Assembly (NCBI GenBank): GCA_963693365.1
Contig: CAVNZM010000010.1
Coordinates: forward strand, 8,884,054 to 8,948,053
Source: Amoebidium appalachense
Lineage: Eukaryota > Protista > Ichthyosporea
Length of the DNA: 64,000 nucleotides
Direction: 5' to 3'
Every line of letters begins with the position of its first letter. Within the stretch, counting starts at the first letter, position 1. A program made the translations under genes and the position numbers. The notes beneath the pieces are model-generated. The model searched no databases. It was not told where the DNA came from and was given only the letters and a program-made list of their open reading frames with translations. This document shows positions 47,072-56,069 of this stretch, piece after piece.

Positions 47072-47361
47072 CGTGATTCGCAAAACTAGAAACGTATTCT
47101 GGTAGTCGAATGGATGAATAATGAAGCATTGGGTATGCGTCGTTCCTCTTTATACCATTTGATTCAGATGCGTATAAGCAAATGCAAATGATTGGTGTAT
47201 GATGGCGTTATGTGTGCTGATGTAACCAATCGCTGCTCTCCATCCGCATGAATTCCTAGTGTGTGGTATGAGCTCACTTTATCAGGAACCAATGAAAAAA
47301 AACGACGAATTGGATTGTAGTGTTTACATCTTCAATTCGCATCAAATTTGATAATGATTTG

Positions 47362-47640
47362 CGCCCAATCAACAACGGCGACTCAAAATTCGGGATGATT
47401 CAAAACGGCGACTCAAAATTAGGCGTGTCTCATCTTACGCCCAATCAACGGCGACTCACCTTACGCCCAATCATTCAAAACGGCGACTCACCTTACGCCC
47501 AATCATTCAAAACGGCGACTCACCTTACGCCCAATCATTCAAAACGGCGACTCAATTTTAGGCGTGTCTCATCTTACGCCCAATCAACGGCGACTCACCT
47601 TACGCCCAATCATTCAAAACGGCGACTCAAAATTCGGGAT
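47362..47640. repeat. ~32-bp CCAAT-containing repeats
   Basis: CTTACGCCCAATCATTCAAAACGGCGACTCAC and shorter variants; about 8 ACGGCGACTCA motifs. Confidence 0.88.
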
Positions 47641-47968
47641 CTTCTACGTCGTGGATGTTTGCACAAGGAACACCTACCTCACCGGGCCCCACATTGAAAC
47701 CACACCTTTTCTGGGGTTCGTTTGGTTTTAAGATCGGTTGAGTGTTCGTCGAAAATGACCGTGCCTGTCTGTGTGTGTCTGTTACTTTGTGTGGGTACCA
47801 AATATAATATCTGGTCCTCCATGCCGTCCTGTACCGTTGTCCGTTTTGTGTGTCTCTTCTTGGTCTCTGTCTGTGTCTCGCTTTTTTATGGCGCTTTTTT
47901 CGCTTTTGTTTTGGACCTGGGCGTCTGTGCCGTTGGCGCTCGGTGTGTGTCTTCCGTCGTCTAGCCAT
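47627..47968 (-). CDS. Small highly basic (protamine-like N-terminus) protein
   Basis: MARRRKTHTERQRHRRPGPKQKRKKRHKKARHRQRPRR; TATAAT and CCAAT lie just upstream on the minus strand. Confidence 0.4.
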   Translation of the reverse strand: MARRRKTHTERQRHRRPGPKQKRKKRHKKARHRQRPRRDTQNGQRYRTAWRTRYYIWYPHKVTDTHRQARSFSTNTQPILKPNEPQKRCGFNVGPGEVGVPCANIHDVEDPEF

Positions 47969-48391
47969 GGTCATTGCATATGATTATAAGACCCCGATGG
48001 TCTCTATTGGCGGAAAGGTGCGGTCTTTGTGTAGAAATAGGCTCCTTTTCCTACCAAGCTTTTGGTGAATGAGGCGACAACCAAGCCCATGGAACCACGT
48101 GCACTTGTATGCGGCCCGTGGGCAACCATGGGCCTCTGCCGGTATAGGCCAAGGTTCTTGTAACCTTGCATGACCATGCCACTAGCCTAGCTCCTTTCAT
48201 GACCCGTGCTCGTGTTGGCAAGTTTAGGAAAGGATGGTAGGTTCAACTGTGCCTGTATCTATGTGCCCAGTGCTCTGTAAGTCCGCGAAGTGAGAACGGT
48301 CCCTCGTTTTTCCGTTATGTTTGCTTTGGGAAGTGTGATGGTGACAGCTTGGTGGGGTCTGTGAACACGGCCCGGTCCCTGGCCATCTATT

Positions 48392-49222
48392 ATGCACGAC
48401 AGTCTTATGACCGAGCGCTGGGATGTGGTGCGCATCACCACAGAGGACGAGCTGATGGGGTTCATAGAAAGTGCGGACTGGGATTTCAAGGTCACCCGAA
48501 TGGCCGTTCCTACAAGGTCAACCACGCGCACAACCAGTGTCAAGAGCATCGTTGTACGGCAAATAGAACGCAGGCGGTGCAACGTCAACTTCGAGTACGA
48601 CGACAGCCACCCTGCTTACGACAAAACCATCAGCCCGTTCTGCTTTGAACTCGACCTCAAACCCGACGACGCCGTCGAAGTGGACGATAGCGACGAAGAC
48701 AACGGAGACGAGGCCAACCACGACGCGTACTGGCCTCTCCTGTACACCACCAAACTAACCAGGGATGGCTGGATCTTTTGGAATGCAAGCGGCGTGCGCG
48801 AACTGGACGGTGTTGTTTCGGCACCACCCGGGGTCTCCCGAAGGCCCTACTGGGTGATGCCGGCGCTCCTTTTCGAGGTCCTCGTCAGCGTCCCGCCCCC
48901 CGCCCCGCCCGCCACCCTGCTCGAGGCCGCCTACCGCACCGGGGTCACACACGGGGCGCCTGTGCCGATGGGCCCCGGCGGCATGCACGCCGAAGACCTC
49001 GGCGCCGCGCTCGCAGACTGGGGCTGGATCGAGCATTTTTTCACGGAGGTCTGTAGGGAAGTCCGCGATATTTTTGAGTTTACGGGGCTGCCGGCGCGCG
49101 ATGCCGTATTCGACGCCATCTACGCCCGCAACCGCACGCTCCAGTGGGAAAGCGGGCCCACGTCCGCAATGTCCAACGCGACCCCCTGGAGCAACGCGGG
49201 GGACGTGGGGCACGCGCTTTGA
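48392..49222 (+). CDS. Orphan protein, paralog B (of 39384-40256)
   Basis: Same shared motifs as paralog A, down to the identical C-terminus VGHAL*. Confidence 0.85.
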   Translation: MHDSLMTERWDVVRITTEDELMGFIESADWDFKVTRMAVPTRSTTRTTSVKSIVVRQIERRRCNVNFEYDDSHPAYDKTISPFCFELDLKPDDAVEVDDSDEDNGDEANHDAYWPLLYTTKLTRDGWIFWNASGVRELDGVVSAPPGVSRRPYWVMPALLFEVLVSVPPPAPPATLLEAAYRTGVTHGAPVPMGPGGMHAEDLGAALADWGWIEHFFTEVCREVRDIFEFTGLPARDAVFDAIYARNRTLQWESGPTSAMSNATPWSNAGDVGHAL

Positions 49223-49422
49223 TGGGTTATCGCGACCGAATCTGATTGGTCCGCGATCTGCTGTAGCCCAAGGCGATTGGTAGATATAAGATCTCGGGAT
49301 CTGTTGGATCTATTGCGCGCTTTCTATTGGATAGGAGGGGGTATAAAACCCACACCCTCTTCACCACCCGGTTCATTTCAACACAGCTGCCAGCAACAGT
49401 GCACACCAAAACACACCCCAAA

Positions 49423-49896
49423 ATGACGGACACACTTCGGCGCCCCGATGCGGATGACACAGAGAGATACCCTGCGTTTGCGCGCTTGACGTTGGCACAG
49501 TGCGCAAACAAAACAGGGGGCAAGTGTTCAGCGCACCGCAACTCAAAGCCATGGACGTGCTTCCACCCCGCGTCCGGCGTGCTCCTCTACAGCGACGGCA
49601 CCATCAACATCTACCACGCCTGCAAGGCCCGGGACTACGCCCAGGCCAACATACTGCTCGCCGGCATCAGGGCCGTCCTGGCTTTCCAGGAGCAGCCCGC
49701 CACCGCCGGCGCCGGCGTGCCCGCGCTCGCCGCGTCCACCCCGGGCCCGGCCGCCCCCGCCCCACACTCGCCGCCCGCGACACCAGCGGCTGGGGGCGTC
49801 GAAATACAGTACTGCGAGGGCACGACCAAGCGTGGCAGGCCCTGCAGGAACAGGGTGAAGGGCACGACCCACTGCCACGTGCACGCGCGCGAGTAG
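49423..49896 (+). CDS. Small protein with C-terminal C-x3-T-x2-G-x2-C...C-x2-H zinc-binding motif
   Basis: CEGTTKRGRPCRNRVKGTTHCHVH, a motif type common in large DNA viruses. TATAAAA at 49342, several ATTGG upstream, AATAAA at 49905. Confidence 0.72.
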   Translation: MTDTLRRPDADDTERYPAFARLTLAQCANKTGGKCSAHRNSKPWTCFHPASGVLLYSDGTINIYHACKARDYAQANILLAGIRAVLAFQEQPATAGAGVPALAASTPGPAAPAPHSPPATPAAGGVEIQYCEGTTKRGRPCRNRVKGTTHCHVHARE

Positions 49897-49951
49897 ACAT
49901 GTTCAATAAAGACCTAAGAGTGGCCTGGAGGGTTTATTCAAAGACGCGCGC

Positions 49952-50002
<51 letters not shown>

Positions 50003-50005
<3 letters not shown>

Positions 50006-50596
50006 GAGCACGTGCTTCTCCAGGAAGCGAACCGGGTAGACCTTAACCGGGCGCATGTCGCCCTGCACCATCATCATGGTCTCTTCGGGCTCGCCTCCCT
50101 CCTCCTCTCGCCACTTTTTGGCCACGTGGCGGCCCACTGTGCTGCTGGTCTTGTCCTTGATCCCGTTGTCTAGCAGAAACTTGCCCACCGTTACGTAGTC
50201 CGTCAGCGCGGGCCCCTCCACCGCCCTAGGACCGCTCGCGGGCACCAGGATGTTGGCAACCGCGTCGTTGAGCAGCATGCGCATGCGCGGGTCCCGCTCC
50301 AGACCGAACTCCTCGAGCAGCCCGCGGTACATGTGCACGTTCTCCATCTCGAGGCGCTGCACCTCCGCGGCCTCGCGCCGCAGGCGCAGCCGGCGCTCCT
50401 GCTCCAGGTCCTCACGCTTCCGCTTGCGCTCGGGGGTCTCGTCGGCGCCGTTGCGGAAGAAGTCGCGCTCCTCGGGCGTGCTGCTGTCGAAGCGCGCCTC
50501 GATCTCGGGGATCAGCGACAGGTCTCCGGCCATCAGGCGCGCGCGCGTGCACATCAACGGGCTTCGTACGATCTCTGGGTCGCTTGACTTTGTCAT
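50003..50596 (-). CDS. Virus-type protein resembling the C-terminal part of KilA-N/BRO-associated proteins
   Basis: RLMAGDLSLIPEIEA, an NLS-like RKRKRE coiled coil and VGRHVAKKWREEEG...VKVYP. The N-terminal DNA-binding domain seems to be missing. Confidence 0.6.
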
Positions 50597-50675
50597 CTGG
50601 GACCACGCTTCCTGCCCGGCGCGGTGTGTGGGAGCGGACTATGATTTGAATTTATTTTCTATACCAACATCAGTG

Positions 50676-52205
50676 ATGAGCTCCTTCCAGGTCTTATCAG
50701 AGTTAGCGTCGGCTATTGATGTCGAAAAGCTTGAAAGAGAGTCAATTGCCAGATTTGATGCATTTGAAGATCTTGGTACTCGACCATTCATGGGCTTGTA
50801 TTTCAGCCCTGCGACATGCGACCAAATCCATCAATGGGAAAAAGAATGGGTCGAACTCTTCATCGGCGCCAACATTGCACAGGTCAAGGATACCACAATG
50901 TACATTAGCAAGACGTACGACCACGAATACGACACACACGTCCACAAGCTGGTGAACAAGCAAGAAGTCATGGCCACCCTGGCCCCTTACTCGTTTAAAC
51001 AACCACCTCTCATCAAGGGTAACTCCGTGATCGAACGTGCACCTGTTAACGGGACCGAAATCCTCAAAACTACCGCCATACCCGTCTACACAAAAGTCAT
51101 ATTCGACCCGGCCGATCCTCACCCGCGGACAGGACAAAAGAGTGCACGCAACAACGGCCCCATCTACAGACCCTATAACATATACAGAGGGCTGCGTATT
51201 AAATTCGAGCCTCAATACGTACCAGCACCCGGTCTCACTGACATGTTCTTCCGCCATGCTCTGGAAGTGCTCTGCAATGGTCGACTCGACGAGTATCGAT
51301 ATCTGAGACAATGGGTCGCCCACCTGTTTCAACACCCCGCGAACAAGCCTGGGACAGCATTACTTTTCATATCCGAACAAGGAACTGGCAAGAACGTATG
51401 GTGGCAGGCAATTATGGACATCATCACACCGAAATACTACGCATACGTGATCCACAGGGAACATATGCAAGGGAAGTTTAACCAGCACCTATCAAACAAG
51501 CTTCTCATTGTCTGCGACGAGGTGACTTGGGGGGGCTCACACGAGACCAACAATCTGATGAAAGCTCGTATCACACAACCAACCATGATGCTCGAGAAGA
51601 AGGGATGCGACGCCATCAACCAGGCAAGCTACGAACGATACGTGGTGTTATCGAACGAAGATTGGCCGGTGAAGGTGGAATCTTCAGATCGTCGATGGGC
51701 TTGTTATGGGGTGAGTTCTGTACGCGTGGGCGATCATTCATATTTTGAGGAGTTCGTCGCATACCACCGGCAGCCACACGTTCTCAAAGCCATTTATCAT
51801 GAGCTCATGAACGAGCCGGATATCCCAGAGACTATGCCTCGCCCACCCGACAACGACCTGAAGCAAGTATTAAGAGGGATCAGCCGCACCGACGAAGCAC
51901 AGTTCCTACGAGACCTTTTGAACAGAGAGAATGGATGTGAAGAAATATCTTTCATCAAAGACGGATGCAACATTACACCAAGTGCACTGTTCAATCTGTA
52001 CCTCATGTGGATAGCACGGGACAATTCAAGAGATGGAAAAAAATCAAGCCGAAAAATGTTTGGCGTGGCCATGGCGAAGATACTCGGGAAAACTAAGAGC
52101 GTCCGAAACAGCTCCATAATCGGAATGCCGTGCCATTCGGACCTGGCTCCAGACGGCGTGTCTCACTGCTATACACTGTCGTTTGCAAAGATAGCTAAAC
52201 ATTGA
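50676..52205 (+). CDS. D5-like superfamily 3 helicase with C-terminal winged-helix-like domain; no primase domain recognised
   Basis: YLRQWVAHLFQHPANKPGTALLFISEQGTGKN (Walker A), KFNQHLSNKLLIVCDE (Walker B), VVLSN (motif C) and SDRRW (Arg finger). The ATG at 50676 is preferred because the track's upstream extension is antisense to the 50003 ORF. Confidence 0.9.
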   Translation: MSSFQVLSELASAIDVEKLERESIARFDAFEDLGTRPFMGLYFSPATCDQIHQWEKEWVELFIGANIAQVKDTTMYISKTYDHEYDTHVHKLVNKQEVMATLAPYSFKQPPLIKGNSVIERAPVNGTEILKTTAIPVYTKVIFDPADPHPRTGQKSARNNGPIYRPYNIYRGLRIKFEPQYVPAPGLTDMFFRHALEVLCNGRLDEYRYLRQWVAHLFQHPANKPGTALLFISEQGTGKNVWWQAIMDIITPKYYAYVIHREHMQGKFNQHLSNKLLIVCDEVTWGGSHETNNLMKARITQPTMMLEKKGCDAINQASYERYVVLSNEDWPVKVESSDRRWACYGVSSVRVGDHSYFEEFVAYHRQPHVLKAIYHELMNEPDIPETMPRPPDNDLKQVLRGISRTDEAQFLRDLLNRENGCEEISFIKDGCNITPSALFNLYLMWIARDNSRDGKKSSRKMFGVAMAKILGKTKSVRNSSIIGMPCHSDLAPDGVSHCYTLSFAKIAKH

Positions 52206-52229
52206 TAACAACTGTACGCCATTAGGCTC

Positions 52230-52487
52230 CACACATCTACACGTCTACACACCTCTACATTCCATCTACGTAGACGTGTTGTAGACGGATAATCATTGGC
52301 TGAAAGCGCACCGGATGCGCTCTGCACCAATCAAATCACACATTCCAAATTTTGTAGACGTGTAGACGGTTTAGAGGGGTGGTTAACTCCGAAGGGGGAG
52401 GGTTCGAATCGGGCGTTTTGATTGGAGGATGTGGGGGGGTGATCGACATCTTATGAGTTGTCCGTAGACGCGTCTACCACAGCTACA
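52230..52487. promoter_or_regulatory. Candidate replication origin (convergent TCTAC/GTAGAC iterons)
   Basis: TCTAC at 52236, 52244, 52254 and 52265; centre palindrome TCTACGTAGA; GTAGAC at 52281, 52354 and 52362; GTAGACGCGTCTAC at 52464. Confidence 0.5.
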
Positions 52488-52529
52488 CAGATACACATAC
52501 AGTCAGTTTTTTTCCTGTATATATACGAC

Positions 52530-53612
52530 ATGGTACCAGTTCACAGATATATATGCGACTGGAATGGCTGTAATAGACCGTTTCCAAACCTTCATGCTTT
52601 GAAAAGGCACGAGTTGGTACATACAGGAGCAAGACCATTTGAATGTCCATGGCCCGACTGTCACAGACATTATTCTCAGAAAGCGACACTCGACGCCCAC
52701 TACAAGCTTCATACCGGCGAATTAGCATTTAAGTGTGACTGGCCTGGATGCAACATTGGGTATAGCTGTTGGAGCAAATTGAAAATGCACATGCACAGAC
52801 ACCAAAATACCAGACCATTCAAATGCCCATGGGAAGGCTGCGAGTCAAGTTTTGTGGACAAGTACACACTCAATAAACACATCACCACGCACTCCGAGGA
52901 CCGCCTGTTTGCGTGCACATGGACTGGATGTAAGAAAAGTTACCGACACGAAGCCAGCTTAAAAGTCCACCTGAAAAAACACACCATTATTACAGAGGGC
53001 GGACGGTGCGAGGTGCTGACACCGGCAGGGCGGATCGACCTACTGACGGGCACGCAGGTCATCGAGGTCAAGCGTGTGGCGCAGTGGAAGGCGGCGCTCG
53101 GACAAGTGCAGGCATACCAACGCTTCTACCCTGATCGACAGGCTCGTGTGCACCTGTTTGCTTACGCGTCGATCGAGGTTTATAGGATTGCCGTCGAGAC
53201 GATGGAGTCTCTTGGGGTGTTTGTGACGGTGGAGCCCGACACTCTGCGGCTAATTTGGGGGTGTCATGGGGACATCTGCACAACCCGGACAAAACCAACG
53301 GAGAGGGGACAGGAATCGAACGAAATACGCTTTCTAAAGGACGTAGCGACAGGCGCACGCGGAACACACAGCTTTGGTATCGAGAATGGGACCTGGGTTA
53401 CAACATCGGGGATGGCCGGTTGCATGCGACAGTGGGCTGATATAAATATGTTGGACGATTGCGAGGTGGGGATCAAGAGACTGGGAACGGTGCTGACACA
53501 GGTTTTGGGCGGGTCATCGTTTGTTCCCGCAGGAGAGCGTGTCTCTATAGGGAAACCTGGCAGACACACCCGTGCCCACAAGATAGAGTATAGCAAGATC
53601 ATGGCATATTAG
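52530..53612 (+). CDS. Five C2H2 zinc fingers + PD-(D/E)XK nuclease-like domain + D5 C-terminal-like domain
   Basis: Five C-x-W-x2-C...H-x3-H fingers with TGARP/TGELA-type linkers, then EVLTPAGRIDLLTGTQVIEVK...ALGQVQAY. The C-terminus aligns by eye with the C-terminus of the adjacent helicase. Confidence 0.88.
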   Translation: MVPVHRYICDWNGCNRPFPNLHALKRHELVHTGARPFECPWPDCHRHYSQKATLDAHYKLHTGELAFKCDWPGCNIGYSCWSKLKMHMHRHQNTRPFKCPWEGCESSFVDKYTLNKHITTHSEDRLFACTWTGCKKSYRHEASLKVHLKKHTIITEGGRCEVLTPAGRIDLLTGTQVIEVKRVAQWKAALGQVQAYQRFYPDRQARVHLFAYASIEVYRIAVETMESLGVFVTVEPDTLRLIWGCHGDICTTRTKPTERGQESNEIRFLKDVATGARGTHSFGIENGTWVTTSGMAGCMRQWADINMLDDCEVGIKRLGTVLTQVLGGSSFVPAGERVSIGKPGRHTRAHKIEYSKIMAY

Positions 53613-53639
53613 AGCTGTCCGAGAAGAAACACACAAACA

Positions 53640-53915
53640 CACACCCCGCGCGGGCCGGGAGGCGGGCGAGGCAGGCGAGGCAGGGGTGGCTGGGGGTGGC
53701 TGTGAGGGGCGCGCGAGGAACCAAATAAACGCACAACCGGAACACGGACCCACACCCCCACGCCCCCACGCCCCCACGCCCGCGAGGCCCGCGGGCCACA
53801 CATGCACCGCGCGCGCACACAGACGTTCTGCGCGCGCACACAGGCCTCGCGGGCCCCGCACGCCGCACGGGCCACACGGGCCTCGCGGGCCCCTCCGGGG
53901 GCCCCTCGGGGCCTG
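53640..53915. repeat. GC-rich low-complexity tract with motifs shared with the left end of the element
   Basis: CCCCGCGCGGGCCGGG (also in the palindrome), GAGGCAGG and CCCCACG repeats. Confidence 0.55.
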
Positions 53916-54072
53916 AGGAGACAACAGACAACAAACAGTATGTCAAGACAAGATGACAAGAAAAGTACAAGCGATGCAATCGGGCACAGGGGGAGGGGGG
54001 GGCATGGTTTGCGAATATTAGTTTATTGTCGACTGGGAGGGGGCCACAGGCACCGCCCGAGCACAGTCGGGT

Positions 54073-54303
54073 TTATTCGGCGTCTGTCAGCTGCGGCTCG
54101 GATTCACGATGGCGGCGCTTTGCCTGGCGGCGGTCGGTTAAAGTGCGCTGCAATGCAACCAAGGCCTGATTGATGACATCCTTCTCCCGGCGCAGCCTTA
54201 TGATCTCCGCACCGAGGCCCCTTATACCGTGGCAGATCACAGAGGTGGCGTCGCTGGGGTCGGGGCGGGTGCGGAGATCGGGGGTGACGATGCCGTTGGT
54301 CAC
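54073..54303 (-). CDS. Small coiled-coil hypothetical protein
   Basis: AEIIRLRREKDVINQALVAL; the stop overlaps AATAAA; minus-strand TATAAAA at ~54475. The start codon is uncertain (GTG). Confidence 0.35.
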   Translation of the reverse strand: MTNGIVTPDLRTRPDPSDATSVICHGIRGLGAEIIRLRREKDVINQALVALQRTLTDRRQAKRRHRESEPQLTDAE

Positions 54304-56069
54304 GGATTGTTATTTTGTGTGGGTAAACGGAGAAGCAGAGAGCACAGATGGGTGTTATGTAAAACACAACACAAAGACACACGGGAAAAACACAACCGGA
54401 GAGGAGGAACGATTTCTGGAACCATAGGAAGTGAATACGACTGCTTGTGATTTATTTCAAGATGAGGTCCCTTTTATACTTGGGAATGTGAAACGATAAA
54501 CCAATCAAAAGAATGAAAACTATGAGTGTAAAATATATCGAATAAAATGTCTGTCGACATTTAGAATATAAAACTCAATCCTCTAATGAAAGAAACTTCT
54601 AATAAAAGCACGGAAACATTTAATAAAATGAAACCACTTATGTAACTATTAATTCATAACATATATTTATACATGTTCTTATCATAACACGTCTAAATAT
54701 AATTTTTCCTAATAGTTGAAGAACATAGCACAATGCTACGTCGTGGGAAAGGAATGAGAAAGGAATGTAAGTTACTATATTTGGGAAAATACAAACGAGA
54801 TATGATTGGATGACATATATAGATTTTGACGCAAACGACAATACGTGTGCGCGAGCTAAGTATGTCGATACGTACACAGATCTAAGATGTCGTGTACACG
54901 GAAACGGAAAAGAAAGAAAGAAATGAAGAAAGGAAAAGGAAACAAACTACAACAACTAATAAATAAATACCAAACTCAACTTCTAAGTCTTGCTGAGAAT
55001 TAAGTGAAGATGACATCCCCACTCAAGGGTTGGAAGTTGGGTTCTCGTGAAGTTTGTTGATGTGACTGTTGATGTTAAGACTTTCACACATGTAGAAGTA
55101 GGTGCCGTGAAGTCACAGTCAAGTTTCCCCACTCGAGAAGACAATGGAGAAGACTTGAAGGTGCAAGCCGGGGAAGAAAACCAAAACGGAAGAAGCACAC
55201 AACGACGGTTGCCTCTGAAGACTCGGAAGATGACGGTAGCCAATGACGTGATATATAAATATATATAGAAGAAACAACTAGTGTATGTGTGACGTGTTGG
55301 TGGCTAATGATAAATACAAAAGGCATCTAGTTCGGGGGGCCCAGTCTAGTTATTTCATCTCGCCCCCTCTTCTCTACTCCTTATTCTAGGCATGTGTCAC
55401 GATATAAGATGGAATTCGGAATCCTAAATACAGAAAATCGTAAAACCCAGAAAATCGTCAATTTTGGATTTTTAGTCAATCAAGATTTAGATTTTATGAA
55501 ATTTTTAAATATGTAATTAAAAGTTTAATTAACTTATTTATTAAGAAGCAGGGAATTTAGTTCTATGTTAATAGTACATTTGGAGTATAATTGAATGAAA
55601 CCATTCAATGTAATAATAGGAGTAGTAATTGATAAGGTAGGATGAATAATAATGTATAAGGAGGAAGGATTAATGATTAGAGGTTATTATAAATAATAAA
55701 GGATTAAAAAAATAAAGATTATAAGTAGAAGGAAGGATAAGATCTTAAGATTACTGAGGTAGAATGGATGAATACATAGAAATGATTAATTAGAATTGAA
55801 GAAGTCTGCTAATGGTTGAGGTAGGGTGGATTAGGATAAGATCTAATGATTGCTAAGATATGGAGGAGTAAAGATTAGAAAGGATGAGGGCTAAATGTGA
55901 TGGATTAGGGATTGATAAGGAATGTGGAATGAATGCAAAAAGATAAATAAACTAAGAGATAGCTGAGGTAGAATGCATACAAAAGGGTAAAAAGTTAGGA
56001 AAATTAAGATTGAGGTAGGATGAATGCAAAAAGATAAATAAACTAAGAGATAACTGAGGTAGATTGAGA

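Larger units (their letters stand above)
34029..54480. mobile_element. Endogenous virus-like element (dsDNA virus/Polinton-like or NCLDV-related fragment), ~20 kb, boundaries approximate
   Basis: Abrupt change to dense intronless ORFs with CCAAT/TATA upstream and AATAAA near stops. It carries a D5-type SF3 helicase, HNH nuclease, penton-like ORF and orphan ORFs, and begins with a large palindrome. Confidence 0.8.

Noticed and set aside
50250-50675. N-terminal extension of the helicase ORF
   Set aside because: It is the antisense shadow of the 50003-50596 ORF; a good ATG exists at 50676.
53640-53915. Right-hand terminal inverted repeat matching the 34-kb palindrome
   Set aside because: Only short shared motifs (~16 nt); no extended inverted match seen.
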